From Epithemia pelagica (taxonomy: Eukaryota > Protista > Bacillariophyta): a DNA stretch of 64,000 bases. The stretch lies in assembly GCA_946965045.2 (NCBI GenBank), contig OX337228.1, positions 620,001 to 684,000 on the forward strand. Reading direction: 5' to 3'. Below are positions 23,141 to 40,700 of this stretch, in pieces. The position numbers were made by a program, and so were the translations under genes. The notes beneath the pieces were generated by a model that searched no databases, was not told where the DNA came from, and saw only the letters and a list, made by a program, of their open reading frames with translations. Each line of letters starts with the position of its first letter. Positions within the stretch are counted from its first letter, which is position 1.

Positions 23141-23920
23141 GGGGGCAGCGTTTTAAGGAGTGCAGAGCTTACACTCTGTCGTTTGCGAGCCTACTGTCGG
23201 TGGTGGAGTATCGGAATGCTTTCACTCTGGCAAGTGGTTGCAGAACGAATGGCTCTTGCGGAGGTTCGCCCCGCGCGCCAACTCGGAATCTTATGACCGA
23301 GGACTACCGCCTTCGTGACTGAACGTCCACTGCGGGAGGTAAGAGTGATCCAGCTCTGATAGTTAGCTGGATCGCGTCAATTCCAGTGACTAGGTACACC
23401 TTGATGTGCCTGAGTCACACTCCAAAAGGATGGAGTTCCCCTTACCTAAGTGCCTTCGTAGGTGAAGCGGACAGACTGCGCATTCTACCGGCCAAAAGAC
23501 TCTTTTAGGATTACTCACTCAACATAGCACCTCCATAGAACTGTGATAATAGACTTCATCTTCAGACAATGCTTTAGGTCCCCACGGGGCAGATTTTCCA
23601 TATCGTCCATTCTGATGGAGTTCTTAGTCATCATTGTAGAATCATTTTTTCTCTTTTGGCGATTTGGCCGCTAGATTGCCGGTTGGCCGGTGACTTCACC
23701 ATGGTATTTCTCCACCAATACTGGACCAAATGCCGTGAAATTGAAACATGTTATCGATCTTAGTGTAAATGAGAACGCGTTTGACCCCTATACGCTATCT
23801 CTAAGCATAGGATTCAAACGAGCTTTCATCCCATTGCGTCGATTTTTCGATGCGGCACGTACCGCATGAGATTTGCATTGTTATTCGTCGTCCTGCAGCT
23901 CCACGGATCCGTCCGCTCCG

Positions 23921-26200
23921 GACGTCCTACTTAATAGGCTATTAATTTAGGTTCTACTTCAGAGATCTGGCGTATCAGATCGACCATCGGCGGTATGGTC
24001 GTGAAGCAATGGCCAACCAACGATGGACGCTTCTTTTCGACGCACCACACACCACACGAGTTTTTGACCGAAGGATGACGAGATGCGGCTCCATGAATAT
24101 GGCCGCTTCGGACGTCCTACTTAATAGGCTATTACTTTAGATTCTACTTTAGAGATCTGGCGTATCAGATCGACCATCGGCGGTATGGTCGTGAAGCAAT
24201 GGCCAACCATCGATGGACGCTTCTTTTCGACACACCACACACCACACGAGTTTTTGACCGAAGGATGACGAGATGCGGCTCCATGAATATGGCCGCTTCG
24301 GACGTCCTACTTAATAGGCTATTAATTTAGGTTCTACTTTAGAGATCTGGCGTATCAGATCGACCATCGGCGGTATGGTCGTGATGCAATGGCCAACCAT
24401 CGATGGACCCTTCTTTTCGACGCACCACACGCCACACAAATTTTCGACCGAAGGATGACGAGATGCGGCTCCATGAATATGGCCGCTTCGGACGTCCTAC
24501 TTAATAGGCTATTACGTTAGGTTCTAGTTTAAGGAACCGATTTAAGGAACCGACGTATCAGATCGAAGATCGGAGCCTTGGTTGTGATGAACGAGGTGAT
24601 CATTGATGGACAATTGTTTGTCTGTGCCAGGGAGCACAAGAATTTTCGACCGAAGGATGACGAGATGCGGCTCCATGAATATGGCCGCTCGGGACGTCCT
24701 ACTCTCTACTCTATTACGTTAGGTTCTCGTTTAGGGATCCGACGTATCAGATCGAAGATCAGAGCCTTGGATGTGATGGTCGAGGCGTTCATTGATGGAC
24801 GATTGTTCGTCGTGGCACGGAGCACAATGATTTTGGACCAAAGGCCGATGCTGTGCCAAAATTTGAGAATTGCCGCTCCGGACGTCCTATTTAATAGACC
24901 TTTACTTTAGATACTACGTTAGGGTATCCAAGTCTCAGATTCAGTGTAGGGGCCCTGGTTCGCCACACCACACAGCACACGAGATTTCGACCGAACGACA
25001 AGACGCCCTGCGGCTCCACAGATCCGGCTGCTCTGGGTGTCCTAGTTTGTTGGCTTTAAGGTTAGCGTCTACGTGAGAGATCCGAAGTCTCAGATCTCTT
25101 ACGTAGCAGCCATGGTTGTGATGAACGAGGTGATCATCGTTCGGCGCTTTTTCGCCACACCACACACCGCACGAGATTTCGACCGAACGATGACGTCATG
25201 CCAATTTTCGGCCACGGCCTCTCTGGAGTTCCTACTCACTAGCTAGAGCATTGATTTAAAAATCGTTTTAGATTGCCCAAGTCCCACACTCTACGTACGG
25301 GCCATTGCTGTACTGATCGAAGCGATCATCGTCGAACTCTTTTTTTCGTGCCATGGACAACACGATTTTTCGACCGAAAGAGGACGTTGCTCAGCTTTCG
25401 TTTTTAAGACTGCTGATCTCTTCTACGTTATTATCATCTATAGCTTTATTCTTGCGCCATGGTCATTGCAAAAGATGCGATCAAAGGCGGTGTTTTGATG
25501 CATTTTTTGTTGTTGCGCTTGAAAAAGAATCTGGCACGCGCTTTCAGGCTTAAATTGTATGTCCCACTCTCCCCCAAAATATTGAAACGGCTACTGTACA
25601 AAGTCCCCCAAAAATAAAAATGAGTTTTTTGCTTTTTGGCCTGTAGATTGAACATTGGAGACGGAGAGAGACGAGAAACAATGGGCCATCGAAGTCGAGA
25701 GCTCATCAGACATAAAACAATGGAAACTTCGTTGAGACCCTACAGTAGATTACTGAAGTTTCAGAGCTGGCGTAGGTGCCATGGTTGTCGAGCGCGAAGC
25801 GATCGTCGATGGACGATTTCTCGTCGTGGCACAGACCACATGAGATTTCGACCAATAGACGACGCTACGCGGCTCGTTCAATATGAGCTCTCTGCACGTC
25901 CTACGTAATGGAAACTAGCCTACAGAAGATTACGGAAGTGTCAGAGCTGGCGTAGGTGCCATGGTTGTCGAGCGCGAAGCGATCGTCGATGGACAATTTC
26001 TCGTCGTGGCACAGACCACATGAGATTTCGACCAATAGACGACGCTACGCGGCTCGTTCAATATGAGCTCTCTGCACGTCCTACGTAATGGAAACTTAGT
26101 TTAGCGTCTACAGTAGATTATGGAAGTGTCAGATCTGACGTAGGTGCCATGATTGTCGAGCGCGAAGCGATTGGCGATTGGCGATTTTTGCGTAGCAAGC
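23921..26200. repeat. 190-bp tandem array (left arm of PB2), decaying inward into 180-188-bp variants
   Basis: Anchor GACGTCCTAC at 23921, 24111, 24301, 24491 (exact 190-bp period), 24693 and 24881; a related 180-bp duplicated unit at ~25760, ~25940 and ~26130. Confidence 0.9.
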
Positions 26201-26624
26201 CGAAATCGTCTTAACTAATGGGGCAAGTGTTTCTAACGTCAGCACTATATGTCGTTACTCAGCTATAGACTACTCGAGCCATGGAGGTGGCAAGCCTATT
26301 TTTCGTCGTCAGAACTATCGCACAGGTACGCGAACACAACCCTGCGCTTCTTGTTCTCGGGATGAGTCCGTTGAGTCGCGGCCTTTTTCTTCGTGGTGGC
26401 TCGCGGTGGGATCGGCACGAAAAAAGACGAAGATACATTGTAGGGAGGTTTCTTATCGACCTTGGGAGGATCTCGTTGGCGGCAGCGTACGGGGGATTGT
26501 CGTCGCATGAATTGTAGGAAGGGACTCGTGGCCTGGTTGTGATGCCATTTGTCGTGTTGCTTGGGAGGGGCCGCGATCAAGTGACGATGCGGTGTAGCAG
26601 GAGCTGGATCTTGGTGGGCTTTCC

Positions 26625-26830
26625 CTTCTTCTTCTTCTTCTTCTTCTTCTTCTTCTTCTTCTTCTTCTTCTTCTTCTTCTTCTTCTTCTTCTTCTTCTTC
26701 TTCTTCTTCTTCTTCTTCTTCTTCTTCTTCTTCTTCTTCTTCTTCTTCTTCTTCTTCTTCTTCTTCTTCTTCTTCTTCTTCTTCTTCTTCTTCTTCTTCT
26801 TCTTCTTCTTCTTCTTCTTCTTCTTCTTCT
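26625..26830. repeat. (TTC)n microsatellite, about 68 units
   Basis: Pure TTC run. Confidence 0.97.
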
Positions 26831-27187
26831 CGGAATTTTGTGGGAAGGTGGACACCAAGTCACCATGACTCCCAAGCGTCAACTCTTCGAAGACTATTCT
26901 ATATAGATCAATACTGTATAATTCACTCCTTCTCTTCACAAATTTTCGAGCGCTAGTGCTTACTTGAGGGCGTGGCGTGTCGAAAAAGATCTTGGCGTAT
27001 CTTTTGTAGTCGTAGGAGAGTTGGAGGGAATATGTCACACGTCCCCCAAATTTCCCCCAATCCATAGATGAATTTTCTTGTGAATGTGGACGGACAGAGA
27101 GAGGAGAGAGACAAGAAACTATAGGCCAGTGAAGTTGACAGCTCATTCAACACAACAATACTCTAAAGAATAACATGCAAGCATAAA

Positions 27188-27373
27188 CTAATATTTTGCA
27201 TGATCAAACTTGAGTCCGCCGAGCACTTTCGTAGGTGATTTGAAACGCAGATCTTGACTGTGCTTGTAGTATTTTTGGAGACAATGTTCCGAGTTGTATT
27301 TGGGCGGTAAATTGTATTCATTGCTGGCTGGGTATGGGTGGGTGGTCCCATCTCGTCCTTGGTACACGTAGAA
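27188..27373 (-). pseudogene. 3' end of the PB2 cargo 2OG-Fe(II) oxygenase-like region, separated by the copia insertion
   Basis: Reads FYVYQGRDGTTHPYPASNEYNLPPKYNSEHCLQKYYKHSQDLRFKSPTKVLGGLKFDHAKY-stop. It joins in frame to ...GNPRSH at 42158 once the copia and one GTGG are removed. Confidence 0.65.
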
Positions 27374-28113
27374 GTGGTGAATAAATAATCACGGGTGCCC
27401 CCTTTGTAACCTACGAAGGGCCTCGCCATGCCTCGCTACGCATCGCCTGGCATCGCCCGGCCCCTAGTTGCGTGTTCGCTAGTGGGTACCGTGGTCGCTT
27501 TTTGGCCCCTACGTGAGCGATTTGCCCCCAAAGGACACCCCTAGTTTAGTTACCATAATTTCTGATAGTTTGATTGTTGCAAGCCGTATATTGCGTCTGG
27601 CCGTCAGTTTTTATTCAGTTTATCAGACCCACTGTCTGTTGTTCCCCCACTGTTTGCCGGAAGGCAAGCGCCTGATCAACGCTCGAGAGGTGTTCGCGCT
27701 AAGCGGCTTCGTCACTCGCTCGCTTGCGTCATCTCTGTGACTTGTTTTTGTCACTGTGGGACCCACTCGCTAATTTGTGACTTGCGACTGCACAACGTAC
27801 CGTGCACGTGCTCGTACACGTGGACCGTCCATCGACGCGCGCCGTATGACTCAATTATAAAAGCCTGCTGGCTTTTGACACGTGCCTGCTTGCTCGCGGA
27901 ATCGCCGGTTCGCCGACTCGCGGATTTGCCGATCGCCAGCTCGCTCGCTCGCGGAATCGCCGGACGACTACTCGCCGATTCACTCGCAGATTGTTGGCTC
28001 ACAGAAATTCGCTCCTCCCATCACAATTGCAAATTTCTGCACAAGAACAAGCCTTCCCTTGCCATCCGTTTGACCTTCTACTACCCTCCTACCCTTTATC
28101 CAACCCTTGAACC

Positions 28114-30184
28114 ATGGCCGCAAATGCCTTCCGTACTGCACTGGGCCGCTGTGGCTACGACAATGCCACCGTTGGGCACCTAACGCAACAGGGCTTCACA
28201 ACAACGGATCAGTTCCTGGAGTTTCCCATCAACGAAGTAAAGCCCATGCTGAAGACATTAGCCAAGAACCCACCCGACGGTGTCACTCTACCCTACCAGT
28301 TCAACCTGAAGTTCCTTGGCTTCCGAATGTGGTTGGAATATCATTCTGTCCGTGGACAGGACCTTGATGCTGGTGGTTATACTGGTGACGTAATCACCAA
28401 GTGGATGAAACGCGTAACGGAACTCGCGAATGCCACCACCACTGATGGTCAGGATGACCCAGTACCACCCAAAAGGCTAACGAACCTTGCCGATTGGGAA
28501 CGTCACGACGGAATGTGGCGCACGTACTTGGGTCAGCACCGCAATCCGACAACGGGAGTGCCGCTCACCTACGTATTGCGTGAGGAATCCGACGTACCGG
28601 GCGACGCACTAACCGCCGATTACGACTGCATTGACGACGACCTAGTCGCGACCACTCGTCATGAGTGGGATCAGTACAAAGCCGACCGACGCAGAGTGTA
28701 TGAGCTGTACTACCCTCTTATCTACGATGGCCCGGCATGAGCAAACGCATGCGAAATCAAAGGACGGCCGTGAGGCCTACCTAACTGTCAAGCGGCAAGC
28801 CACTGGACAGGCTGCGAGCATCCTGCGCAAGAAACAGGCTTATGCGCAGATTGCAAATGATAAGTTTACAGGACGAGGGAAGTACCGCTTCCATGACTAC
28901 ATCCACCGTCACCAACATGCGCACAACACCCTGGAAGAGCTTGGCGAAACGGTCGCGGAAACGAAAAAGGTGACCGATTTCATGAATGGGATCACCGATC
29001 CGACGCTCGTCCAAGCCAAGACCGTCGTCAACGGTGGCCAGGAGAAGTTGGAGAACTTCGAAGCGTGCCAGCAATACTTTTTGACTGTGCACAGTGCCGC
29101 AAAGACCGAAACGCAGGACGACTCTCGCAAGATCGCCGCTGCCGGTACCACCCCAAGCAAAGGAAAGGGAAAAGGGCGCAATCAGAAAAAGAGCAAGAAG
29201 AAGAAGGACCGCGTTCATGCTGGTCACTACGATACCGACGAATGGGCAGACCTGACGGAGGACGAACGCAAACAAGTCCTGGCTCTTCGCAAAGAGCGCA
29301 AAGAAAAGCGGAAGCTTGGATCCGTCACCACAGACGACTCTTCCAACGCATCGTCAAAGAGATCGAAAACGTCGCATGGGAGTACTGCTGAGGACGCAAT
29401 CTCAGTAGACATTGACGAAGACGACGCTAAGCCGGAGGCTAAGACCAACGTATCGGTCATTATGGAAGTAGACGAGAGCTTGCTTGACTCCTCTGTTGAC
29501 AACGTACCGTCGCCAGACAAGCACTCTAAGTTCCGCGCTTCCGCCTCACCTGCGAAATCATCCGAAGATGATTCGCAGCAGGCAAAGTCCTCAGCTGGCA
29601 ACAGCTTTGGACGTTTCGCGCATAAGGCTAAAGCACAACCGAACGAACCCGGATCTGCGTCCGTCAAATCCGTACGTACTCGCCCCATGGGGGAATACGA
29701 GACCTATCCACCGATGTGGCAATGGGAAGAGGACGGACGTCCTGATATGAGTCATATGACCATCCCGCCAGTCCCGGAAGAGGGCGACATCTTTGTGAAG
29801 CTGCCGCTACCGGTCAAAGGCAAGTATGCTGAAGGGACTCGCAACGTCCGCACACCTACCAAGCATGACCAAAGTGTGCTGAAAGGAGGCTTCCGCGAAG
29901 AGATCAACACTATTGTCCTCAAAAGTCCAATTTGGTCTTGGCGCTGGTCTAAAATGTCAGGCCATGAACGTGAAGAGCGCCAAATGTACTATGTGTGCAA
30001 ACGCTTAGCCGAGCACACGGAAGTGTTCGACAAAGCTTTAAAATACACTATGCTTGCCAATGGACAATTGGCTGCCGCAAAGCAAAGGCGTAATGTATGC
30101 GGTCGTTATTCCGCCGATCTTGAATTCGATGTCCGTGACCCGAATGTCTCTGACAAGTCTGCCGACCTGTCTGCTTCCTCCTGA
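28114..30184 (+). pseudogene. Copia gag (stop and frameshift near 28740)
   Basis: GVPLTYVLRE, YDGPA*, DGREAYL, FHDYIHRHQHAHNTLEELGE, KKVTDFMNGITDP, GNSFGR; all CoDi-type gag motifs. Confidence 0.85.
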
Positions 30185-30190
30185 TGGAGT

Positions 30191-33100
30191 ATGCCCTGTG
30201 TATCCGCTGCCGAAGCAGTAAAAATTGATAAAACGAATCTTATTGTTCAATCGAATGCACATGTAGGCACCCATTATAGTTATTCTAAACGTTTCACACA
30301 TCGTCTATGTGCTATGAACACCGACGAATATGGTGTTGAGACCATCGAGCTCACCTGTGAGTTGGACTCACATGCGGACACCTGTGCCGTGGGAAGAGAC
30401 TTCGCAATGATCTCCGAAGCCCACCGCTATATCAGTGTGCATCCGTTCGCGGAAGAATATAATCCGCTGACAAATGTCCCTATTGCGACTGTTGCTACTG
30501 TCTGGACTGACAGCGAAAACCAATCTTACTTGCTTGTCATCCACCAAGCATTGTTTTTAGGGGACCGTATGGGCAGTTCGTTACTCTGTCCGAACCAGAT
30601 GCGTGCCCATGGCATCGTTGTTAACGACGTACCTAAACAGTTTGACCCGCACAGCACGCATAGTATCCACGTACCGGATGCCGATCTCACCATCCCGCTC
30701 ACCATGGCTGGTGTGATAAGTGGTTTCGCCACTCGCAAACCCACTTCTGACGAGCTGGAACACTTGCCACAAGTTGTGCTAACTGCCGATAGCCCATGGC
30801 AACCTCGTTCTGCCGCCTTTGCGGACGCGGAGGAGAAACTGGGTGTAGCTGCCGCTACTGTCGTTCGCAATGGCGATCCGAATTCGATTGCCGCATCCTC
30901 CATTCCACGACTCATCAAAGGCTTTTGCCAATCCATCACCCGATCTGGACGCCGACGCACAAGGCGACGACCTGTACGAACGCTTAATAGCGACGGTCAC
31001 TGTTCATCCAGAGAAGGAGGAGCCTGATGTTGTCCCGGAGGACAAACGTGAACGTCGGCTGTACATGATCAAGACTGCTAACGAGTCTTCCCCAGCCGAT
31101 CCTGCTGGAAAGGGAGTGCTTGACGCAGCCGTACTGTCACAACGTTGGGGCATTGGTTTACCCAAAGCGAAGAATACGCTTAAAGTGACGACGCAGGCTG
31201 GAGTACGAAACGTATTAATCCCATCTGAGCGTAAGGTCCGTAAGAAGGCACCGTGGCTCAAATTCCCTAATGTGAAAGGCCGTTGGTTCTCGGACGAGAT
31301 GTTTGCCAAGGAAGTATCACTGAACGGGGACACGGGCGCCTCGATCTTTACCGACAGCAAAGGATTCGACCACGTTTATCCCTGGAAGTCGAAAAAGCAA
31401 CATCCTGAAGGATTGATGTCTTTGATTCACAATGTAGGGATTCCCCAAACAATGGTATCTGATGGTGCTGGAGAATTGTTCCTAGGGAAGTCCCGTGAAA
31501 TATGCAACGAGTACCGCATAAAGATGGAGAAAACGGTTCCTTATAGTCCATGGCAGAACGCCACCAAAGCGAGCATTCGTGAACTAAAAAAGGGAGTTGT
31601 CAAAATTATGAGGACGACCGGCGCACCACGACGTTTATGGAGCTATGCTCTTAAATGGTGCTCACACGTAGGGCAACTCACGGCATCCGATATCCCTGAA
31701 TTAGATGGACGTACACCGTTCGAGCATGTAATTGGCTCAACGCCAGACATCTCTCCATTAGCCATGTTCCAATTCTATCAGCTGGTGTATTATCGCATGC
31801 CCATGGCACAGTTTCCTTTCGAAAAAAGACTGATTGGCCGATGGTTGGGCTTAGCCGATGATTGCACCGATGATATGGCCTATGAAATCCTAACGCAAGA
31901 GGGCAATCATGTCACACGGAAAGATGTGTGGGCCATTCCGGAAGACGACCTGAAGAATCCGACGATTCATCAGCAGTTGTTGGACTATGATGCCGCTATT
32001 CAAACGCAAATGAAAGAGCCGCCATCTGATGGCACAACTGGGAGCGATCCACCCCCAGACCTCTTTGACGAAGGTGAACTTCTAGAGCCCTTGTTCCCAG
32101 AGGCCGAAGCCCTGGAATCCGACGCGTACTTGCCGGAGGAACTAGACGAATATCTCACTGCTGAAGTCATGCTGCCGCGAGGAGGTGAAAGCGCTCGAGC
32201 GAAAATCATTGGACGCACGAAAGATGCTCATGGGCGACCTATTGGTGAGCGCGACGCAAACCCAATCCTTGATACCCGGTACTACGACGTACAGTTTCCG
32301 GATGGATCGGTCGAGTCGTATGCAACCAATATGATCGCAGAGAATCTGTATTCGCAAGTTGACCCGGAGGGCAATGCGTTCAACACATTGAAAGCCATTG
32401 TGGGTCACCGCAGTGATGAGACCGCAGTTAAGCGAACAGACGCATCGTTCCTTGACGGCACATCACACGACACAACGAAAGGCTGGGAATTGCAATGTGA
32501 ACTGTCCGATCAATCGACTGTTTGGCTGCCGCTCAAAGACGTCAAGAATGGAAATATGAATAAAGCCGCCGAATACGCAGTATCCGCTGACATCGCAAAA
32601 GAGCCTGCTTTCGCATGGTGGGTGCCACGTGCACTTCGCAAACGAGACTGCATTATCAAAAAGGTAAAGTCACGTTATTGGAAGCGAACGCACAAGTATG
32701 GCATTGAGCTGCCCCACTCTGTGGAAGAAGCCCTGGCGATTGATTGCCGCACGGGGACTGACTTCTGGCGCAAGGCTATTGAGAAAGAAATGAAGAACGT
32801 TGGCATTGCTTTCGAATTTCCGGCTGATGGCGAAGTGCCTTCTGGATACAAGCATATCCCCTGTCATATGGTTTTTGATATCAAATCAGACCTGCAACGA
32901 AAAGCACGGTTAGTGGCCGGAGGCCATAAAACTGATCCACCCAAAGAATTGACCTATTCTAGTGTGGTATCACGCGATAGCGTACGCATTGCTTTTACTA
33001 TCGCTGCACTAAATGGTCTAGATGTTCTCGTCGGGGACGTGCAAAACGCATATCTCAACGCACCGACTAAAGAGAAGACCTACACCACCGCGGGACTCGA

Positions 33101-34400
33101 ATTTGGACCAGATAAGGTTGGACAACCTGCACTGATAGTGCGCGCATTATATGGTCTCAAAAGTTCTGCCGCAAGGTGGCGTGATCACATCGCCGCAACG
33201 CTCCGCGATATGGGATTTAAGATGTGTCAAGCTGATCCGGATGTATGGCTTCGAGCGAACACTCGACCATCTGATGGGTTCCAGTATTACGAGTATGTTT
33301 TGGTCTATATTGATGATCTGCTGATTGTTAGTCATGATCCCAAAACCGTGATGCAGGACCTGCAGAGGCGCTATACGATCAAGCCCGACAGTATCAAACC
33401 GCCAGACGAATACTTGGGATCCCAAATACGGCGTTATACCATACCCGACACGCAAGATCCGTCGAACCGTGATCGTTGGGCCATTTCCGCTGACAAGTAT
33501 TGTAAGCGTGCTCTTGCCGAAGTCGACACGGAACTGGAGAAATCCGGAGAAAAGCTGAAGTCAAAAGTGACGACGCCGATTGCCGATGGATATCGCCCGG
33601 AATTGGATGCGACTCCTGAACTTGACGCAAGACGTGCGAACTATTACCAAGGACTGATCGGTATTCTCCGTTGGATTGTTGAACTCGGTCGTATCGACAT
33701 TACAACCGCAGTCTCCCATATGTCCCGTTTTATGGCGAATCCACGAGAAGGACATCTCGAGCAAACGTTGCACATCTTCGCGTATCTGAACAAGTACAAT
33801 AAATCCGCCATTGTGTTCGACGACACAACCCCTGACTTCGACGAGTCACGTTTTACCCGACCGGATTGGTCTGAGTATTATCCTGATGCTGCCGAGCCGA
33901 TTCCGCCAAACGCACCAGCACCGCGTGGAAACGCTGTCACCACGACTTGCTTTGTCGATGCTGATCATGCTGGATGTCGTGTCACACGGCGCTCTCAAAC
34001 AGGAGTCCTACTGTTCTTGCAACGAGCACCGATCATGTGGTATTCAAAACGACAAAACACTGTTGAGACGTCTACATTTGGCAGTGAGTTCGTGGCGATG
34101 AAAACTGCCATTGAAATGATTGAAGCATTTCGTTATAAGTTGCGAATGATGGGTATCCCGTTGGATGGAGAGACGAATGTGTTTTGCGACAATGAATCTG
34201 TGTTTAAGAACTCGACACAGCCGGAATCAGTCCTAAAAAAGAAGCACAACGCAATTGCTTATCATCGGACTCGTGAAGCGCAAGCTGCTGGACTTGTGCG
34301 CATTGCATGGGAAGAAGGTGAAACGAATCTTGCCGATATCCTAACCAAACTGCTACCCGGACCTCGATTGCGATTCCTGGCCCAACGTATCATGTGGTAG
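30191..34400 (+). pseudogene. Copia pol: aspartyl protease, integrase with chromodomain-like module, RT and RNase H; frameshift at ~30900
   Basis: PR: ELDSHADT. IN: LSQRWGIG, MVSDGAGE, PYSPWQNATKASIRELK (the expected catalytic Glu appears as Lys). Chromo-like: IVGHR...TKGWELQCELSDQSTVWLPLKDVK. RT: KARLVAGGH, DVQNAYL, LYGLKSS, YIDDLL. RH: FVDADHAG, SEFVAMK, CDN, LADILTK. Confidence 0.92.
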
Positions 34401-35349
34401 CAGACCCCTTTTTAGATCCAAAATGGGATCACCCCTTTTGAAGAATAGTCCGACGTACTGGACCGGCCTCTGCTGACATGACGAACTAAACGAAGTTGCC
34501 CACCCCGATTTTGTTCGCGGGGACTGAATAAATAATCACGGGCGCCCCCTTTGTAACCTACCAAGGGCCTCGCCATGCCTCGCTACGCATCGCCTGGCAT
34601 CGCCTGGCCCCTAGTGCCTCCTCTAGCCGTGTGCCCATTACAGGCCAAAATGGCCCTATGGGAACGTGTTTTCAACTAGATAGAACATGGCCAATATTAG
34701 ACCTACGGCAGCATGTGGATGCCCAAACTTTTTCTTCAAGACATCCTCCATCAACATTGGATACCACATGACACCCATATGTGACATATCTAGGTCATAT
34801 GAGCGCCTCCATTTGGGGGTTGTCGGCATGTGGGCACATGTGGGCACATGGTGGGAACTTAGTGGGGACATTGATTCGACAGGTCCTATGACAGTCCTAT
34901 GACCATGATTGGACGTCGTGATGTTAAAGACATTCAATAAATTTGTTTGGCGCCAAAATTTGGGCCATGGTCGACTTTCGCATCATGTCTCAGGCCAGGT
35001 GTCCGTGCCGGCGTTGATTCGGAACCGGAACTCGGAACCCCACGGGGGACAGACAAAATTTTGAAAAAATGGTCAGTGCCTCAACCTCAACAATCCAACG
35101 TCGACACAACAATGGCAATGTATGTTCTTGCTTGGTTTGAACAGTCCCCATCGGGAATGTTGCTTCAGGAGCACATGCTGAAGCGCGCTCTTCTGAAAGT
35201 TCTTTGTGCTCATGGAATCGAACCTTTTCGTAATGTGGAGCATTACTCAAAGAGTCAATTTCTTGAGCACAAGAACAGGTGTGACGACGACGACAACAAC
35301 GAACTCAACAGCAGCGACGACGAAAAAAGAAGCCAACTTCTAACTACAG

Positions 35350-39721
<4,372 letters not shown>

Positions 39722-39885
39722 AGGATGCATCGTACGAGCAAGCAATCTGTGGAAATGAGAATACATGATTAGTTAACCAAAATACGTAGTTCTATTATTA
39801 GTATCTATGCATCTACGATGTCAATACCGTAGCAGTGGACGGGCAGCAGCACCCAATGCAGCGTGGCCGAGTCCTTGTGACCTAC

Positions 39886-40060
39886 AAGTTGCAACTTAGT
39901 TGGTACGACAAGTTGCAACTTAGTTGGTGATTTGCAACTACAAGTTGCAACTTAGTTGGTGCGACAAGTTGCAACTTAGTTGGTGATTCGTAACTTCAGG
40001 TTGCAACTTAGTTGGTGATTCGTAACTACAGGTTGCAACTTAGTTGGTGATTCGTACTAC
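39886..40060. repeat. Six-copy palindromic motif array between convergent PB1 genes
   Basis: A(A/G)GTTGCAACTTAGTTGGT at 39886, 39910, 39942, 39966, 39998 and 40030 (spacing 24/32 bp); core AAGTTGCAACTT is a perfect palindrome. Confidence 0.9.
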
Positions 40061-40124
40061 ATTGCATCTAAAGTTGGATCAATTGATCAAAAAGAAAAAT
40101 TTACTAAGGTATTATACTCCCGTT

Positions 40125-40700
40125 CTATAAGTTTAGTTTCTTCACTGCGATCATGTTGGAATCAAGAAGGTTGTCCTTGTTTTCCATGTGGCCACAAAGT
40201 TTCCCGTTGACCAGTTTCAACAGTGTTGTGGCTCCGACAACACTCATCTTCACAGTGACAACCATAGGTTCCATTGTTATCACTGTGTTAAGTGAGTGGG
40301 TTGTCGGGATGGCAATCCTGCTCTTAATGACTTTACCACTGTTTGAGCGAAGAATCACACCCTCCAGCTGATTGTTGATGTACTCGAGTGGGATCACCAT
40401 CTCCGGAACCGAATCGTCCATTTTAGAACGATCAAAGAGGCGAATTGAAAATGCGTTTGGGCTCAATTGAGACAAAAAGGTTCGCTGAAGAAGAAGAACA
40501 CCACGGTCAACAATCAACCGACCATCGCCTTCATCCTTTTCTCCACCAGCCGACCTGAGATATGCATTCACCCCCGACTCACCAAAGACCGTCACCGTCT
40601 CACCCTTGGTGTCGAGCTTCTGCCCACCATCACATATAATTGTGAACCCATTTGCAAGTTGCATGGTCTCAAATTTCTTGCTGGTTGTAAGCTGTGCCAT
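40125..40700 (-). CDS. PB1 ORF2, beta-rich protein of about 191 aa, unknown function
   Basis: Homologous to PB2 ORF2: L(A/P)NGF, G.(S/A)GVN.Y, L.VDRGV.L.QR, D.K.DDS.P..VIP, T.HSL.T...M.PMV.TV.MSVVG.TT. Confidence 0.75.
   Translation of the reverse strand: MAQLTTSKKFETMQLANGFTIICDGGQKLDTKGETVTVFGESGVNAYLRSAGGEKDEGDGRLIVDRGVLLLQRTFLSQLSPNAFSIRLFDRSKMDDSVPEMVIPLEYINNQLEGVILRSNSGKVIKSRIAIPTTHSLNTVITMEPMVVTVKMSVVGATTLLKLVNGKLCGHMENKDNLLDSNMIAVKKLNL

Larger units (their letters stand above)
1..23450 (-). mobile_element. DIRS/Ngaro-like tyrosine-recombinase retrotransposon (gag, pol with MTase-like/RT/RNase H, YR), split by a Plavaka insertion; 3' end outside window
   Basis: Gene order on the minus strand is gag (20372-23140), pol (20371-17216, resuming 1654-1047), then overlapping YR (1207-<1). 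RT, RNase H and YR motifs are all recognisable. The true 5' end is uncertain because a piggyBac-like end begins at 23451. Confidence 0.88.

Noticed and set aside
22729-23322. 197-aa plus-strand ORF
   Set aside because: Antisense to the GC-rich 5' part of gag; no motifs.
23347-23373. Hairpin GATCCAGCT-N9-AGCTGGATC near the YR 5' region
   Set aside because: A single 9-bp stem can occur by chance; YR terminal repeats cannot be tested because the 3' end is outside the window.
23921-26200. 190-bp array as CRISPR, tRNA array or coding repeats
   Set aside because: Whole units repeat without unique spacers, no cloverleaf is evident, and the short ORFs are inconsistent between units.
26453-27146. 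Poly-R, poly-K and poly-F ORFs
   Set aside because: Translation artefacts of the (TTC)n tract.
39886-40060. CRISPR-like look of the palindromic repeat array
   Set aside because: Spacers are only about 5-15 bp and are themselves repeated; no cas genes; eukaryotic TE context.
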